Shown piece after piece: positions 27,935-42,854 of a DNA stretch of 64,000 bases. Where the stretch lies: contig OZ024760.1 of assembly GCA_964016885.1 (NCBI GenBank), positions 16,740,001-16,804,000 of the forward strand, in the 5' to 3' direction. A program made the position numbers and the translations under genes. Source of the DNA: Eledone cirrhosa (Eukaryota). Numbering within the stretch: the first letter of the stretch is position 1; each line of letters starts with the position of its first letter. The notes beneath the pieces were generated by a model that was not told where the DNA came from, did no database searches, and was given only the letters and a program-made list of their open reading frames with translations.

Positions 27935-29300
27935 GATAAAATATACCCAGTCCACTCTGTAAGGTGATAGTGCCGGTGTTACAATGAAAAGCACCCAGTA
28001 CACCCTGTAACGTAGTAGTGCTAGTGTCATAATGAAATGCACCCAGTTCACCTTATAATGTAATCGTGCTTGTGCCATGATAAAAGCATACAGTGACCTT
28101 GTAAAGTGGTAATGCGGATGCCATGATAAAAAGTACCCAGTCCACTCTGTAAAGTGGTAGTGCTGGTGACACGATAAAAAGTACCCAGTCCACCTTGTAA
28201 AGTGGTAGTGCTGGTGACACGATAAAAAGTACCCAGTCCACCTTGTAAAGTGGTAGTGCTGGTGTCATGATAAAAAGTACCCAGTCCACCTTGTAAAGTG
28301 GTAGTGCTGGTGTCATGATAAAAAGTACCCAGTCCACTCTGTAAAGTGGTAGTGCTGCTGACACGATAAAAAGTAACCAGTCGACCTTGTAAAGTGGTAG
28401 TGCTGGTGTCATGATAAAAAGTACCCAGTCCACTCTGTAAAGTGGTAGTGCTGGTGTCATGATAAAAAGTACCCAGTCCACTCTGTAAAGTGGTAGTGCT
28501 GGTGTCATGATAAAAAGTACCCAGTCCACCTTGTAAAGTGGTAGTGCTGGTGTCATGATAAAAAGTAACCAGTCCACTCTATAAAGTGGTAGTGCTGGTG
28601 ACACGATAAAAAGTAACCAGTCGACCTTGTAAAGTGGTAGTGCTGGTGTCATGATAAAAAGTACCCAGTCCACCTTGTAAAGTGGTAGTGCTGGTGTCAT
28701 GATAAAAAGTACCCAGTCCACCTTGTAAAGTGGTAGTGCTGGTGTCATGATAAAAAGTACCCAGTCCACCTTGTAAAGTGGTAGTGCTGGTGTCATGATA
28801 AAAAGTACCCAGTCCACCTTGTAAAGTGGTAGTGCTGGTGTCATGATAAAAAGTACCCAGTCCACCTTGTAAAGTGGTAGTGCTGGTGTCATGATAAAAA
28901 GTACCCAGTCCACCTTGTAAAGTGGTAGTGCTGGTGTCATGATAAAAAGCACGCAGTCCACTCTGTAAAGTGGTAGTGCTGGTGTCATGATAAAAAGCAC
29001 CCAGTCCACCTTGTAAAGTGGTAGTGCTGGTGTCATGATAAAAAGCACGCAGTCCACCTTGTAAAGTGGTAGTGCTGGTGTCATGATAAAAAGCACGCAG
29101 TCCACCTTGTAAAGTGGTAGTGCTGGTGTCATGATAAAAAGCACGCAGTCCACCTTGTAAAGTGGTAGTGCTGATACGACAATAAAATGTTCTCAATACA
29201 TGTTGTAAAGTGACTGGCATTAAGAAGGGCATCCAGCCGTAGAAAACCTAACAAAGACTTCATCTTCGAGCAGGACACGGTGACCCGACCTGTCTGTCTA
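27935..29300 (+). repeat. 48-bp minisatellite (~26 copies) expanded from an internal SINE unit, followed by the rest of the SINE
   Basis: Unit AGTGGTAGTGCTGGTGTCATGATAAAAAGTACCCAGTCCACCTTGTAA, then AGAAGGGCATCCAGCCGTAGAAAACC at ~29224. Confidence 0.85.
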
Positions 29301-29485
29301 ACCTTAATACAAGATAACCTAGAAAACCCACGCAAGAATTTAAAACAAACATTACCTGGTAATGATGATGAAATATATATAGATGTTTGTATGCGTGTAT
29401 ATATAATTATATATATATATTGTATTATATTTTAAATATTACATATTTATATACACATATTGTGTATGTCTATACACTCAGATAT

Positions 29486-29518
<33 letters not shown>

Positions 29519-29584
29519 CACACTACCTGTACAGTCAATATTTATTAGAATGCTATAGAAGTGTGTATACATTTTTGAGGGCAC

Positions 29585-29640
<56 letters not shown>

Positions 29641-29737
29641 GAGAAGAAAGAAGAATACTGCGTGGTTTGCACATGGGTTACATATGAAAAAATTAGTCCC
29701 TCGTCAGTGATTTGCCAACTATCATTGATATTTCATC

Positions 29738-29780
<43 letters not shown>

Positions 29781-30039
29781 CACACATATACACACACATA
29801 TATACACACACACATATATACACTCTGATACGAAGCGGCATCATGTCCTAATATTTCAATGAAAGACATGGATTTGTTATACGTGTATATATAATTATAT
29901 ATATATATAACTCTACCTGGAGTTGCGACGGATAGATAGTATTAGCAATTGGAAAGACCGGCGGAAACATTGTTTCCTCGGTCCGATTTGACGAAAGTCG
30001 ATCGTTAAAAAAAAAAAAATATATATATATATATATGAA

Positions 30040-30285
30040 GGATCAATACCATAGGGGTATGTCGAATAACCAATTTCTTGTGTTTTATCTGATGAAAGCG
30101 TACTCAAAAGCTACTGTACCCTTGAAATATATATAATAAAATATATACTTTGGTAATTTGAAAGTATTTCTCATTTATTAATATTTTGTATATTAAGGAT
30201 ACTCCAGATAAACTTTTGTCGAGTGCTTCTGATCTGTTGTAAAAATGAATTCGTTGAATAATCAACGAACCATATACACTTTTGG

Positions 30286-30288
<3 letters not shown>
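30040..30288 (+). mobile_element. Family A-related element with hammerhead (30083-30141) and tail
   Basis: TTTTAT CTGATGA AAG-CGTAC..GTAC-CCTT GAAA TATATA TA ATAAAA; tail TACTC..GAGTG. Confidence 0.7.
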
Positions 30289-30334
<46 letters not shown>

Positions 30335-30336
30335 TG

Positions 30337-30465
<129 letters not shown>

Positions 30466-30478
30466 GTATATATATATG

Positions 30479-30566
<88 letters not shown>

Positions 30567-30571
30567 TATAC

Positions 30572-30644
<73 letters not shown>

Positions 30645-30645
30645 C

Positions 30646-30762
<117 letters not shown>

Positions 30763-30941
30763 TATTGTTATATTTGGGGAGGGTCATATTTGCGTAATAT
30801 TGCCAGAATTAATAACAGAACACACTCACTGTTTGGTTGGTTTTCGCTTCTCGCTGTCTTTTATATATATATATCTGCGATCTAACTTACTCGGTCCTCA
30901 ATGTTGCCATTGACTGACCGGCGGTCAAAAATAATACAGAT

Positions 30942-30992
<51 letters not shown>

Positions 30993-31132
30993 ATATATAC
31001 ATATATATATATACACATATATATACATATATATATATACACATATATATACATATATATATATACACATATATATACATATATATATATACACATATAT
31101 ATATATACACATATATATACATATATATATAT

Positions 31133-31351
<219 letters not shown>

Positions 31352-31357
31352 CACATA

Positions 31358-31723
<366 letters not shown>

Positions 31724-32123
31724 GTAAAGTTATATTTAAATTATTGGGTTACAACGAGTAAATATTTATAACTGATATAAAAGCACTCAACAAGTATTTG
31801 GAGTATATTTACGATATTAAATAAATGGAAACTATATTTATAAAACCATATTTATTTCATTATATATATTTCAGGGATATCATATTAAAAATATGGTGTG
31901 CCTTCATCAGACAAAATACAATATAAACAGTCTTATAAATAGATAGATATTATTCAAAATGTTAATAAATGAAAAATATTCTCATAATCAAAATATATAT
32001 TTTATTATACATTTTTCAAAGGTACAATGGTGTTTAAGTACGTTTTCATCAGACAAAATACAAGCTGCGGTTTTGATTATTCAATTCCAATATTGGCAGT
32101 GATTTATTTCACCAAATCTTTGG

Positions 32124-32125
<2 letters not shown>
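31724..32125 (-). mobile_element. Two adjacent family A-related elements, each with a minus-strand hammerhead; sister of the second at 35118-35285
   Basis: TCATCAG..TTTC cores at ~31855-31915 and ~32000-32058. Confidence 0.65.
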
Positions 32126-32193
<68 letters not shown>

Positions 32194-32322
32194 GTATACA
32201 TATATGTATATTCATTTTATTATGGCTAAATAGGGAGAATCACTATTTAGCCATAATAAAATGAATATTTAAACTGTACACCGATATTGAGTACTCTTTT
32301 CTCTCGATCGTCAGCTACATAA

Positions 32323-32406
<84 letters not shown>

Positions 32407-32491
32407 TTTTGTACTGTTTATTATAAGAAATTAGCGTATTTTGGGTGTTTCAACTTCATTCTAATTTGTTTAGTTTTTTGTAAAAAAACGA

Positions 32492-32529
<38 letters not shown>

Positions 32530-32709
32530 TGAGATTCTACAGGACTAGAACTGTTTCATTCATTAGAAATCATCATTCCTGATGATTTCTAATGAATGAA
32601 ACAGTTCTAGTCCTGTAGAATCTCATCTATATTAAAACTTTTATACTCTGCTATGTATTGAGTACCTTACTTACTGTGGTTACCTCCGATTCAACCCGGA
32701 ATAACGTAC

Positions 32710-32757
<48 letters not shown>

Positions 32758-32760
32758 ATG

Positions 32761-32811
<51 letters not shown>

Positions 32812-32814
32812 ATG

Positions 32815-32865
<51 letters not shown>

Positions 32866-32868
32866 ATG

Positions 32869-32909
<41 letters not shown>

Positions 32910-33150
32910 TATCCAAACTGACCCTGAACCGATAAGGTATGGTTTCTTGCGTATGTCACCATTTATAAAACAAATTTTGTATTTTATCTGATGAGGGCGT
33001 ACCAAAATTTTGGTACCCTTGAAATATATATATTAAAATAAATATAGTTTTCATTTATTTAATATCATTGATATTATACTCGAAAGTGCTGCTTCGAATC
33101 TGTTATAAATAAATTTGTTGAATAACCAACAAATTAAATATCTCTTTGCT
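32910..33150 (+). mobile_element. Family A-related element with hammerhead (32981-33039)
   Basis: CTGATGA GGGCGTACCAAAATTTTGGTACCCTT GAAA TATATA TA. Confidence 0.7.
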
Positions 33151-33202
<52 letters not shown>

Positions 33203-33472
33203 TATAGACATATATATTTATAATTATATATATTTTTATATAATACATACATAGATATGTATATATAATTTTATATATTTTTATATGTTATATAATATAT
33301 ACATATATATGTATATATAATTTATATATATTTGTATATATATAATATATACATATATTTGTATATATTATATAATATATACATATATATGTATATATAA
33401 TATATATATATTTGTATATATTATATAATATATACATATATATGTATATATATATATGTATATATATATATA

Positions 33473-33690
33473 AGGAACGATCGACTTTCGTCAAATCGGA
33501 CCGAGGGAACAATGTTTCCGTTGGTCTTTCCAATTGCTAATACTATCTATCGGTCGCAACTCCAGGTAGAAGGAGCAACGTGAAATAAAGTGTCTTGCTC
33601 AAGGACATAACGCATCACCTGGTCCAGGAATCGAACTCACAACCTTACGATTGCGAATCCAATTCCCTAACCACACAGCCACACGCCTTT
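33473..33690 (-). mobile_element. tRNA/CORE-headed SINE with a distinct body; body fragments at 29911-30006 and 39373-39487 (+)
   Basis: Reverse A and B boxes and partial CORE joined to CTACCTGGAGTTGCGACCG..GACGAAAGTCGATCG. Confidence 0.65.
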
Positions 33691-33802
33691 ATATATAGTT
33701 ATGCAACTATATATAGTTATGCAATAAACAACATAAGATAATTATTTCATTTATCAGTGGTTTCTTGAAGACAGATGTATATATGTCTTTAGTCATCAGA
33801 AC

Positions 33803-33836
<34 letters not shown>

Positions 33837-34035
33837 GTATATCTGTGTATATATATATACACACATACATCTATCTGACACCTGTCTCCAGTCCTAGTTT
33901 ACGTAACACTGTTTATATTCCTCCTTTCGTTCTCTTATTTCTTCCCTCTAATGCTATACATGTCTCTACGTATATTATATTCCTTATAATGTCTTAATGT
34001 TCTCAAGTTTTACACGATATTATGGTTGAAAGTGT

Positions 34036-34083
<48 letters not shown>

Positions 34084-34179
34084 GAACGAGTAGGACCCCG
34101 ACGGCTGAGCTCAAGCCGTTTCGACGGCTAATTCTGGACTAAAATATGGTCCACCTGGTTCCTTACCAAATTTCCTTCG

Positions 34180-34228
<49 letters not shown>

Positions 34229-34303
34229 TAACAGATTAAAGTTTAAGCAAAGAATCGCTGCTTTCACCCTTAACGGGACCTTAGTCTTCAAATTTATTAT
34301 TAT

Positions 34304-34377
<74 letters not shown>

Positions 34378-34388
34378 ATGTATGTATG

Positions 34389-34420
<32 letters not shown>

Positions 34421-34783
34421 TATGTATGTATATATATGTGTATATGTATATATATATATACCTCGACACATACAAATATATATATATATATATATATGTA
34501 TGCGTATATGTATATGCATCCCAAAAGTCAGCTCAAAAGTGACACAGAGGAGACTGAGGTTAGCTGGACATGCTCACCGACATCCAGAGTTGACATTGCA
34601 CTCAGTGCTCCTTTGGGAGCCCCTACATGGACACACTAGAAGAGGAAGACCAGGGTTAACGTATGTTGATGCCCTAAAGACAGACACTGGTCTGTTGGAG
34701 ACGCAGGACATGGCAGCGATAATGAGGGACAGAGACTGCTGGAGAGAACTCGTCCATGGATCTCGGGAACTTTACCCACCTTA

Positions 34784-34841
<58 letters not shown>

Positions 34842-35052
34842 CGAAGGAAATGTGGTAAGGAACCAGGTGGACCATAACGCACCAAAGTACTCAATACTTA
34901 GGGTAGTAGAGTGGGTAATAGGAACAAGTAAGACCCCGACGGCTGAGCTCAAGCCGTTTCGACGGCTAATTCTGTACTCGTTTCGACGGCTAATTCAGTA
35001 CAGAATTAGCCGTCGAAACGGCTTGAGCTCAGCCGTCGGGGTCTTACTTGTT

Positions 35053-35102
<50 letters not shown>

Positions 35103-35283
35103 GATGTGTATATATATATTATTCAAAATGTTAACAAATGAAAAATATTTGCATAATCTAAATATACTTTATTATATATATTTCAAAGGTACTGTGCTGT
35201 TTTTTTTTTCAGTACATCCTCATCAGACAAAATATATGATTTGATATATGACATACCGCTACGGTCTTGATTATTCAATTCCC

Positions 35284-35349
<66 letters not shown>

Positions 35350-35385
35350 TACACAATTATCAAAGTTATGTTCAAATCATTTTAT

Positions 35386-35432
35386 TGCTGACAATCGTTT
35401 CTTCCAAACTTTCGTTTGGAATCATCGGAGCA
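35386..35432 (-). ncRNA. Hammerhead ribozyme motif with U4C core (family N)
   Basis: Minus strand: TGCT CCGATGA TTCCAAAC-GAAA-GTTTGGAA GAAA CGATTG TC AGCA. Confidence 0.7.
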
Positions 35433-35477
35433 TTAGCAATGTATATATACATAACTGTAAATAGTATCATTATTACA

Positions 35478-35534
<57 letters not shown>

Positions 35535-35779
35535 TTGAGTAAAATGACAGGTGGCCGGATTGGTGAAATTCCTTCAAAGATATATTTCGGTGTCCTTGCT
35601 CTAAAATGGACATTCTTCTTTAACGGTTTACAGAATTGTGAAAGGATCCTTCATCGAAATTGTCAACAACTGTGTCAACACTTTACCAACTGACTCTCTT
35701 ACGAGACAGTGTTGACATAATGCTGCTGGTCGTGTTGAACTCGCAGTGTAAAGACACATAATGTCACCTCTTGAATAAC

Positions 35780-36385
35780 ACCTACCACCACCGTCAATGC
35801 CACCATCGCCGCCATCATCATCACCACCACCGCCGCCCTCTATACACCATCACCACCACCACCGCCGCCATCATCATCACCACCACCGCCGCCCTCTATA
35901 CACCATCATCACCACCACCACCGCCGCCATCACCACCACCACCACCGCCATCACCACCACCACTATCACCAACACCACTACCACCACCACCATCAATATA
36001 CCACCACCACTACCATCACCCCCACCATCAATACACCACCACCATCACCACCACTACCATCACCACCACCATCAATACACCACTACCACCACCACCACCA
36101 CCATCATACACTACCACCTTCACACCATCACCACCATCAATACACCACCACCATCAATACACCACTACCATCACCACCACCACTACCATCACCACCACCA
36201 TCAATACACCACCACCACCATCAATACACTACCACCTTCACACCATCACCACCATCAATACACCACCACCATCAATACACCACTACCATCACCACCACCA
36301 TCAATACACCACCACCACCATCAATACACTACCACCTTCACACCATCACCACCATCAATACACCACCACCACCACCACCACCATC
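35780..36385. repeat. (CAC)n-derived low-complexity block
   Basis: Direct reading. Confidence 0.9.
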
Positions 36386-37429
36386 AACTTTATTAATGTT
36401 TTTAGATGGTTTTCCACCTACTCCCCGCTTTTATTTAACTCTCCGCTTATTAAATTTTACTAATTTATCTCCGGCCAAATCTTATTCTTATCTCGAGGCA
36501 GCAGCTGGAGAAGAATCTAATAATAATTTTATTTGACATTACAAAAAAAAAATCAACATTTCCTAATGCCTCAGAAAAAAATCGTTGTAGACCCCCGAGC
36601 AAGATGGTTGGAAAACAACCACAAGCTTGGTTGGTCACACTTGGAGATCCAACCGGGGACAGTTGGAGACGTTTGTTTCTGACAGGAACAGAGCCCGTTG
36701 GAGGGAGTGTTTGAGGACTCTTCCCCCAAGACCCTCTCAGGAATAAGCGAGCCAGGAAGAAGATTAAAAAAAAACATTACATATGACAAAAAAAGAACAT
36801 TACAAAAAATTCCATAAATGGGGCCCTAACAGGTACTACTACTCCGGGCCAGAGCAGACCTGGGAGTGATAACAACTAAGGGTTAACTCCACTTTCCCCC
36901 ACAGCTCCTGAACTCCCGAACTGGAGCCTTGCCACTCGATGCAGTTTAATGTCATACCCAGGACAAAATCATCACGGGAATTTTACCCGCCCTAGATAGA
37001 TAGATATATAGAGTAATGTAAATGCTAAAGGGTTAAGTAAATGTCCACTACCACCCCTATTATGTGGGAGCCGAGAGTAACTAACTTTTGGGGGAGGGCT
37101 GGGAGAGGGGGGGGATCCTTTATTTTTATTTGGTTGAACACACAGAAAAAGAAATCAGCATTCTATGGAGTAGCACGGAGTTGTAAGGGTCGTTGTAGTG
37201 ACATACGGCGTGTCTTGGGCACATTTTAATCCTGTGGGAGACCATCTCCAGGTGTGAATGCAGCCAATTTCTTCCAGAGAAAGAGATATAGGCTGACGTT
37301 AATTCGAGAGGCTCAAGAGGCCCAAGAAACGAAAAGACGCCGGGTTAGTGTTTTGAAGAAAGGAGTCAAATCCCTTCTTTTTTTTTTTTTAAGTGTGTCA
37401 AAGAAAGGGGTTTTGAAAATACCCTACAC

Positions 37430-37560
37430 CAATGGTCCCCAAACGGTACACCGCGGCACACTGTTGCGGCGCGAGACGTAACTAGATGTGCCGCAGAAGA
37501 CTAAAATTAAGTTTTAAGATGTGAAATATACAAACTGAAATTCGTATGAAAGTTCATTTA
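37430..37560 (+). mobile_element. Possible hAT (Charlie-like) terminus
   Basis: CAATGGTCCCCAAAC..CCGCGGCACAC..GTGCCGC resembles Charlie/SPIN 5' ends; no partner end found. Confidence 0.35.
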
Positions 37561-38367
37561 TAACTGCCCTTGACCTTAGGGTCACCTTTTTACTCATCAC
37601 GATCGGCACAGAGTCGAGACCTCAGGCGTCCTTGAACCCCATACGGTCGAGCTTCTCCGCAAAATCGGATTGTCGGCAGCCCGTCTAAGGAAGGAACCCC
37701 GCGAGGTGTGGGTGGCTGTTGCATTTCAGCCGGTGTCGTTGGAAATACCTTTGCAGTTTTATCCATGGAGCGCAACCCAAACACCGGCCCTCACATGATA
37801 TTTGGTGACCTCACCAAGGTCATTGCTCCAGTGTTTTTATGAAAGACAGGGGGAGATAATTAGCAACTCTTTTGTTTATTTATTGGAGCTTTTAATGTAA
37901 ACTAATCGCTTTTGGAGTGTAACAGCGGCAATTCCTACCGGATCTCTCTGGAATTACGTCACACATACACAAATACACACACAGATATATATACATACAC
38001 ATACACATATATATACATACACATACACATAAATGTACCTACACATACACAGGTACACACATACATACACAGACACATATATACACGTACACTCACACAT
38101 ACATACACACATTCACACATACACTCATACATATACACACATACATGTACACATGCATACATACGTCACACATAACACGTCAGAACTTCCAGGATAAAAA
38201 GACCTAACCACATAGCACTCCCTTTTTACTCCACCCCTCTCTCTCCTCCCCCTCTCTCTCCTCCCCCTCTCTCTCCTCCCCTTCTCTCTCCTCCTGAAAA
38301 TGTTGTAGGTTAAAGTAAATCTCGGAAAACAATAAAACATCAAAAGGAAATAATATATGTAGGCATA

Positions 38368-38970
38368 CGTGACTTTTAATGGTCTGAAAAATAAAATTAA
38401 ATTTATTTTCATTCTCGAACGTCGTGTTTACATTTTGTGTGTGTTTAGATCTAAATTAGTTACTGAGATTAAAGACAAAATCAGAGCCTCTGTCGTTTTA
38501 ACTGATTATATGTGTGTGTGTGTGTGTGTGTGTGTAGTTGACGGTTGAGAGAAGAGTACTCAATACCGAAGTAATCTTGTAATGAGGCTTGCAGAATGGT
38601 GAGTCCGCCATTCTGGACTCTGCTGCCTTGTAGAAGACTCCCAAGTCGAAGCCGTGACACTCTCGTCCCCATCATTCAGCAGGGATTTTTGCCAGGCAGC
38701 CGCATCACCTCCGATGGTTGGGCTTCCTATTCGGAAATTGAGGAAATTGAAGGTGGGATTTACGTTCAGGATGTTGTGGTGCACGAACGGAACTTTGTAG
38801 ATCCAACGGACCCTGATGTGCACACACAGCTCATGGTGAACACATGGAGCCGTGCAAAGAAGAAGCTTCGTCGCCAGTATGTTTCCTTTAAACACACACA
38901 CACAATGTAAACATGACGTTCGAAAATGAAAATAAATTTACTTTCATTATTGCCACCGCTAAAAGTCATG
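38368..38970 (+). mobile_element. ~600-bp TIR element with an internal Merlin/IS1595-family (ISXO2-like DDE) transposase fragment
   Basis: TLVPIIQQ..LPGSRITSDGWASY...VVHERNFVDP..DVHTQ...NTWSRAKKKL; imperfect ~75-bp inverted ends at 38368-38446 and 38889-38970. Confidence 0.8.
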
Positions 38971-39000
38971 TATGTACATATATATATATATTATGTTATA

Positions 39001-39043
<43 letters not shown>

Positions 39044-39318
39044 ATATATAATATATATATATTATATATATAATATATAATATATATATATATAATATAT
39101 ATATATTATATATATATATATATTATATATATATTATATATATATATATATATTATTATTATGTAATAAACAACATAAGGGGGTTGGAGCTGTATAAATG
39201 AAGTAATTCCATCGGAAAAGTCCAGGAAAAAAGAGTGCTCTATGTAATAATAATAATTAAGCTCTGTTGCTTACATAGAGCACTCTTTTTTCCTGGACTT
39301 TTCCGATGGAATTACTTC

Positions 39319-39376
<58 letters not shown>

Positions 39377-39486
39377 TCACGTTGCTCCTTCTACCTGGAG
39401 TTGCGACCGATAGATAGTATTAGCAAATGGAAAGACCAACGGAAACGTTGTTTCCTCGGTCCGATTTGACGAAAGTCGATCGTCCA

Positions 39487-39545
<59 letters not shown>

Positions 39546-39643
39546 AAACATAAATTATCGAGAATCGCATTTCGGCCCACGAAATAACGAAAAACAACCT
39601 CCGAGATGTGTGGCAAGTGCTCAATGATTCGGATGAACCAGAG

Positions 39644-39724
<81 letters not shown>

Positions 39725-40259
39725 ATTTTATACAAAATCACTGAGGGGTAGACCCCAATATAGTAATCTAAAAAGAATATATATATGTTTATGTGTGTGT
39801 GTATATGTATCTATTATATATATAATGAAAATTGTTGTTTACAGTGTTCAGGTGCACTACAACTCATCAAAGGTGCATGTATAGTACATAGAATAATGTA
39901 CAAATGTCAGGAAAGTGAACAGCGCATGAGTCGTGATATACATGTGTGCGGTGTGTATATGGAGGGGGTATATCAGGTGCGTGTGTGTGTGTATTTAACT
40001 GCTGTTAATTGTTACCTTAAGTTTCATTACATTTCGATCTTTCGAGTACCAACTTTTTTTTCCCTCTACTTTATGGGAGACAACTCTGTCTTGATAACGA
40101 GATTAGAGTTGCAAAAATGATTTCTGAATTATATGTTATGATATAAGTACTGTATTACGTTGTGAGTTCAAATCCCGCCGAGGTTAGCTTTGCCTATCGT
40201 CCTTACGGGGTCGATAAAATAAAGTACCAGTAATGTACTGGCGGTCGATTTAATCGTGT

Positions 40260-40341
40260 GGTATTGGTGATGGTGGTGGTGGGGTGGTGGTGGTAGATTT
40301 GGTGGTAGTGGTATTGGTGATAGTACTGGTGGTTATAGCAT

Positions 40342-40372
<31 letters not shown>

Positions 40373-40528
40373 GGTGGTAGATTTGGTGGTAGTGGTATTG
40401 GTGATGGTACTAGTTGGTGGTGGTGGTGGTGGTGGTATTGGTGATAGTACTGGTGGTTATAGCATTGGTGGTGGTGGTGCTGGTGGTGGTGGTAGTGGTA
40501 TTGGTGATAGTACTGGTGGTTATAGCAT

Positions 40529-40559
<31 letters not shown>

Positions 40560-41355
40560 GGTGGTAGATTTGGTGGTATTGGTGATAGTACTGGTGGTTA
40601 TAGCATTGGTGGTGGTGGTGGTGCTGGTGGTGGTGGTAGTGGTATTGGTGATAGTACTGGTGGTTATAGCATTGGTGGTGGTGGTGGTGCTGGTGGTGGT
40701 GGTAGTGGTATTGGTGATAGTACTGGTGGTTATAGCATTGGTGGTGGTGGTGGTGCTGGTGGTGGTGGTAGTGGTATTGGTGATAGTACTGGTGGTTATA
40801 GCATTGGTGGTGGTGGTGGTGCTGGTGGTGGTGGTAGTGGTATTGGTGATAGTACTGGTGGTTATAGCATTGGTGGTGGTGGTGGTGCTGGTGGTGGTGG
40901 TAGTGGTATTGGTGATAGTACTGGTGGTTATAGCATTGGTGGTGGTGGTGGTGGTGGTGCTGGTGGTGGTAGATTTGGTGGTAGTGGTATTGGTGATAGT
41001 ACTGGTGGTGGTGGTGGTGCTGATGGTGGTAGTGGTATTGGTGATGGTACTGGTTGGTGATGGTGGTGGTGGTATTGATGATGGTGGTAGTAATGGGGGA
41101 GGGGGGTAATGGTGGTATTGGTGATGGTGGTTGTGAATGGTACAGAGTATGGTATTGGTGATGGGTGGTGGTGCTAGTGGTGGTGGTTGTAATGGTGATA
41201 GTGAGGATGGTGAGGCGAGTGGTATTGATGATGGTGGTAATGGTGGTAGAGGTGATGGTGGTAGTGATGATGGTGGTGGTGGTGGTGGTAGTAATGGTAG
41301 TGATTGTGGTTGAGGTGGTTGTGGTAGTGGTGGTTGTGGTTGTGGTTGTGGCGAT
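40260..41355. repeat. 66-bp (GGT)-derived minisatellite and flanking low complexity
   Basis: Unit GGTATTGGTGATAGTACTGGTGGTTATAGCATT(GGT)n.. Confidence 0.85.
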
Positions 41356-41626
41356 AGTATAATTGAGGTAATCAAGATATATTATTCTGCGGTATTCATC
41401 ATGGCAAACAATAGAATCCTCAACAGAATACACGTGTGTATGTGGATGTCTGTGTGTATGTCTGTATATGTGTATATGTGTATATGTGTGTGTCTGTATA
41501 TGTGTATGTCTGTGTATGTCTGTGTATGTGTATATGTGTGTGTATATGTGTGTGTGTCACAATTGCCAAAACTGCTTCCCGTAGCGATTGGGTTTTTACC
41601 TTCCTCAAAATTTTGTGTATGTGTGT

Positions 41627-41672
<46 letters not shown>

Positions 41673-41945
41673 ACACACATACACAAAATTTTGAGGAAGG
41701 TAAAAACCCAATCGCTACGGCAAGCAGTTTTGTATATATATATATACATACATTATATATATACATTATATATATATATATACCATGTATATATATATAT
41801 TTATACTTATATGTATATATATATATGTATATATATATATATGTATGTATATATATATATATGTATGTATATATGTATATACATTATATATATATCATGT
41901 ATATATATATATATATTTATACTTATATGTATATATATATGTATA

Positions 41946-42087
<142 letters not shown>

Positions 42088-42559
42088 TATATACATATAT
42101 ACACACATACAGAGAGACAGTCATCACAAGGCCATTCCAATGTCTATTTAAAGCTACTTTCCTTTAATTGTTTCCTGTTCTTTCCTTACACTATTATCTA
42201 CTAACAACAACAACAACATCATCATCATCATCATCATTCTCATCACGACAACACTACCACCACCACCACCACCACCACCACCACCACCACCACCACTATT
42301 TTCAAGAAATCTGCCAACTTTCTCCAAACACCAACACTAAATCACCACATATATGTGTATATCTGTGTGTATGTATGTATGTATATATATATATATGTGT
42401 GTGTGTGTGTATGTGTATGTATGTATATATATATATGTGTGTGTGTATATATATATGTGTGTGTGTGTATATATATATATGTGTGTGTGTGTGTATATAT
42501 ATATATGTGTGTGTGTATATATATATATATTTATATATATATGTGTATATATATATATA

Positions 42560-42666
<107 letters not shown>

Positions 42667-42709
42667 ATATATATAAATATTTATATATATATGTGTATAT
42701 ATATATATA

Positions 42710-42760
<51 letters not shown>

Positions 42761-42773
42761 ATATATATATATA

Positions 42774-42854
<81 letters not shown>

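Noticed and set aside
28053-29153. 366-aa repeat ORF (DWVLFIMTPALPLYKV)n
   Set aside because: By-product of a 48-bp SINE-derived tandem repeat.
40284-41060. Glycine-rich ORF GIGDSTGGYSIGGGG resembling a structural protein
   Set aside because: (GGT)n-derived 66-bp minisatellite open in several frames, with no signal peptide or splice support; begins directly after a SINE.
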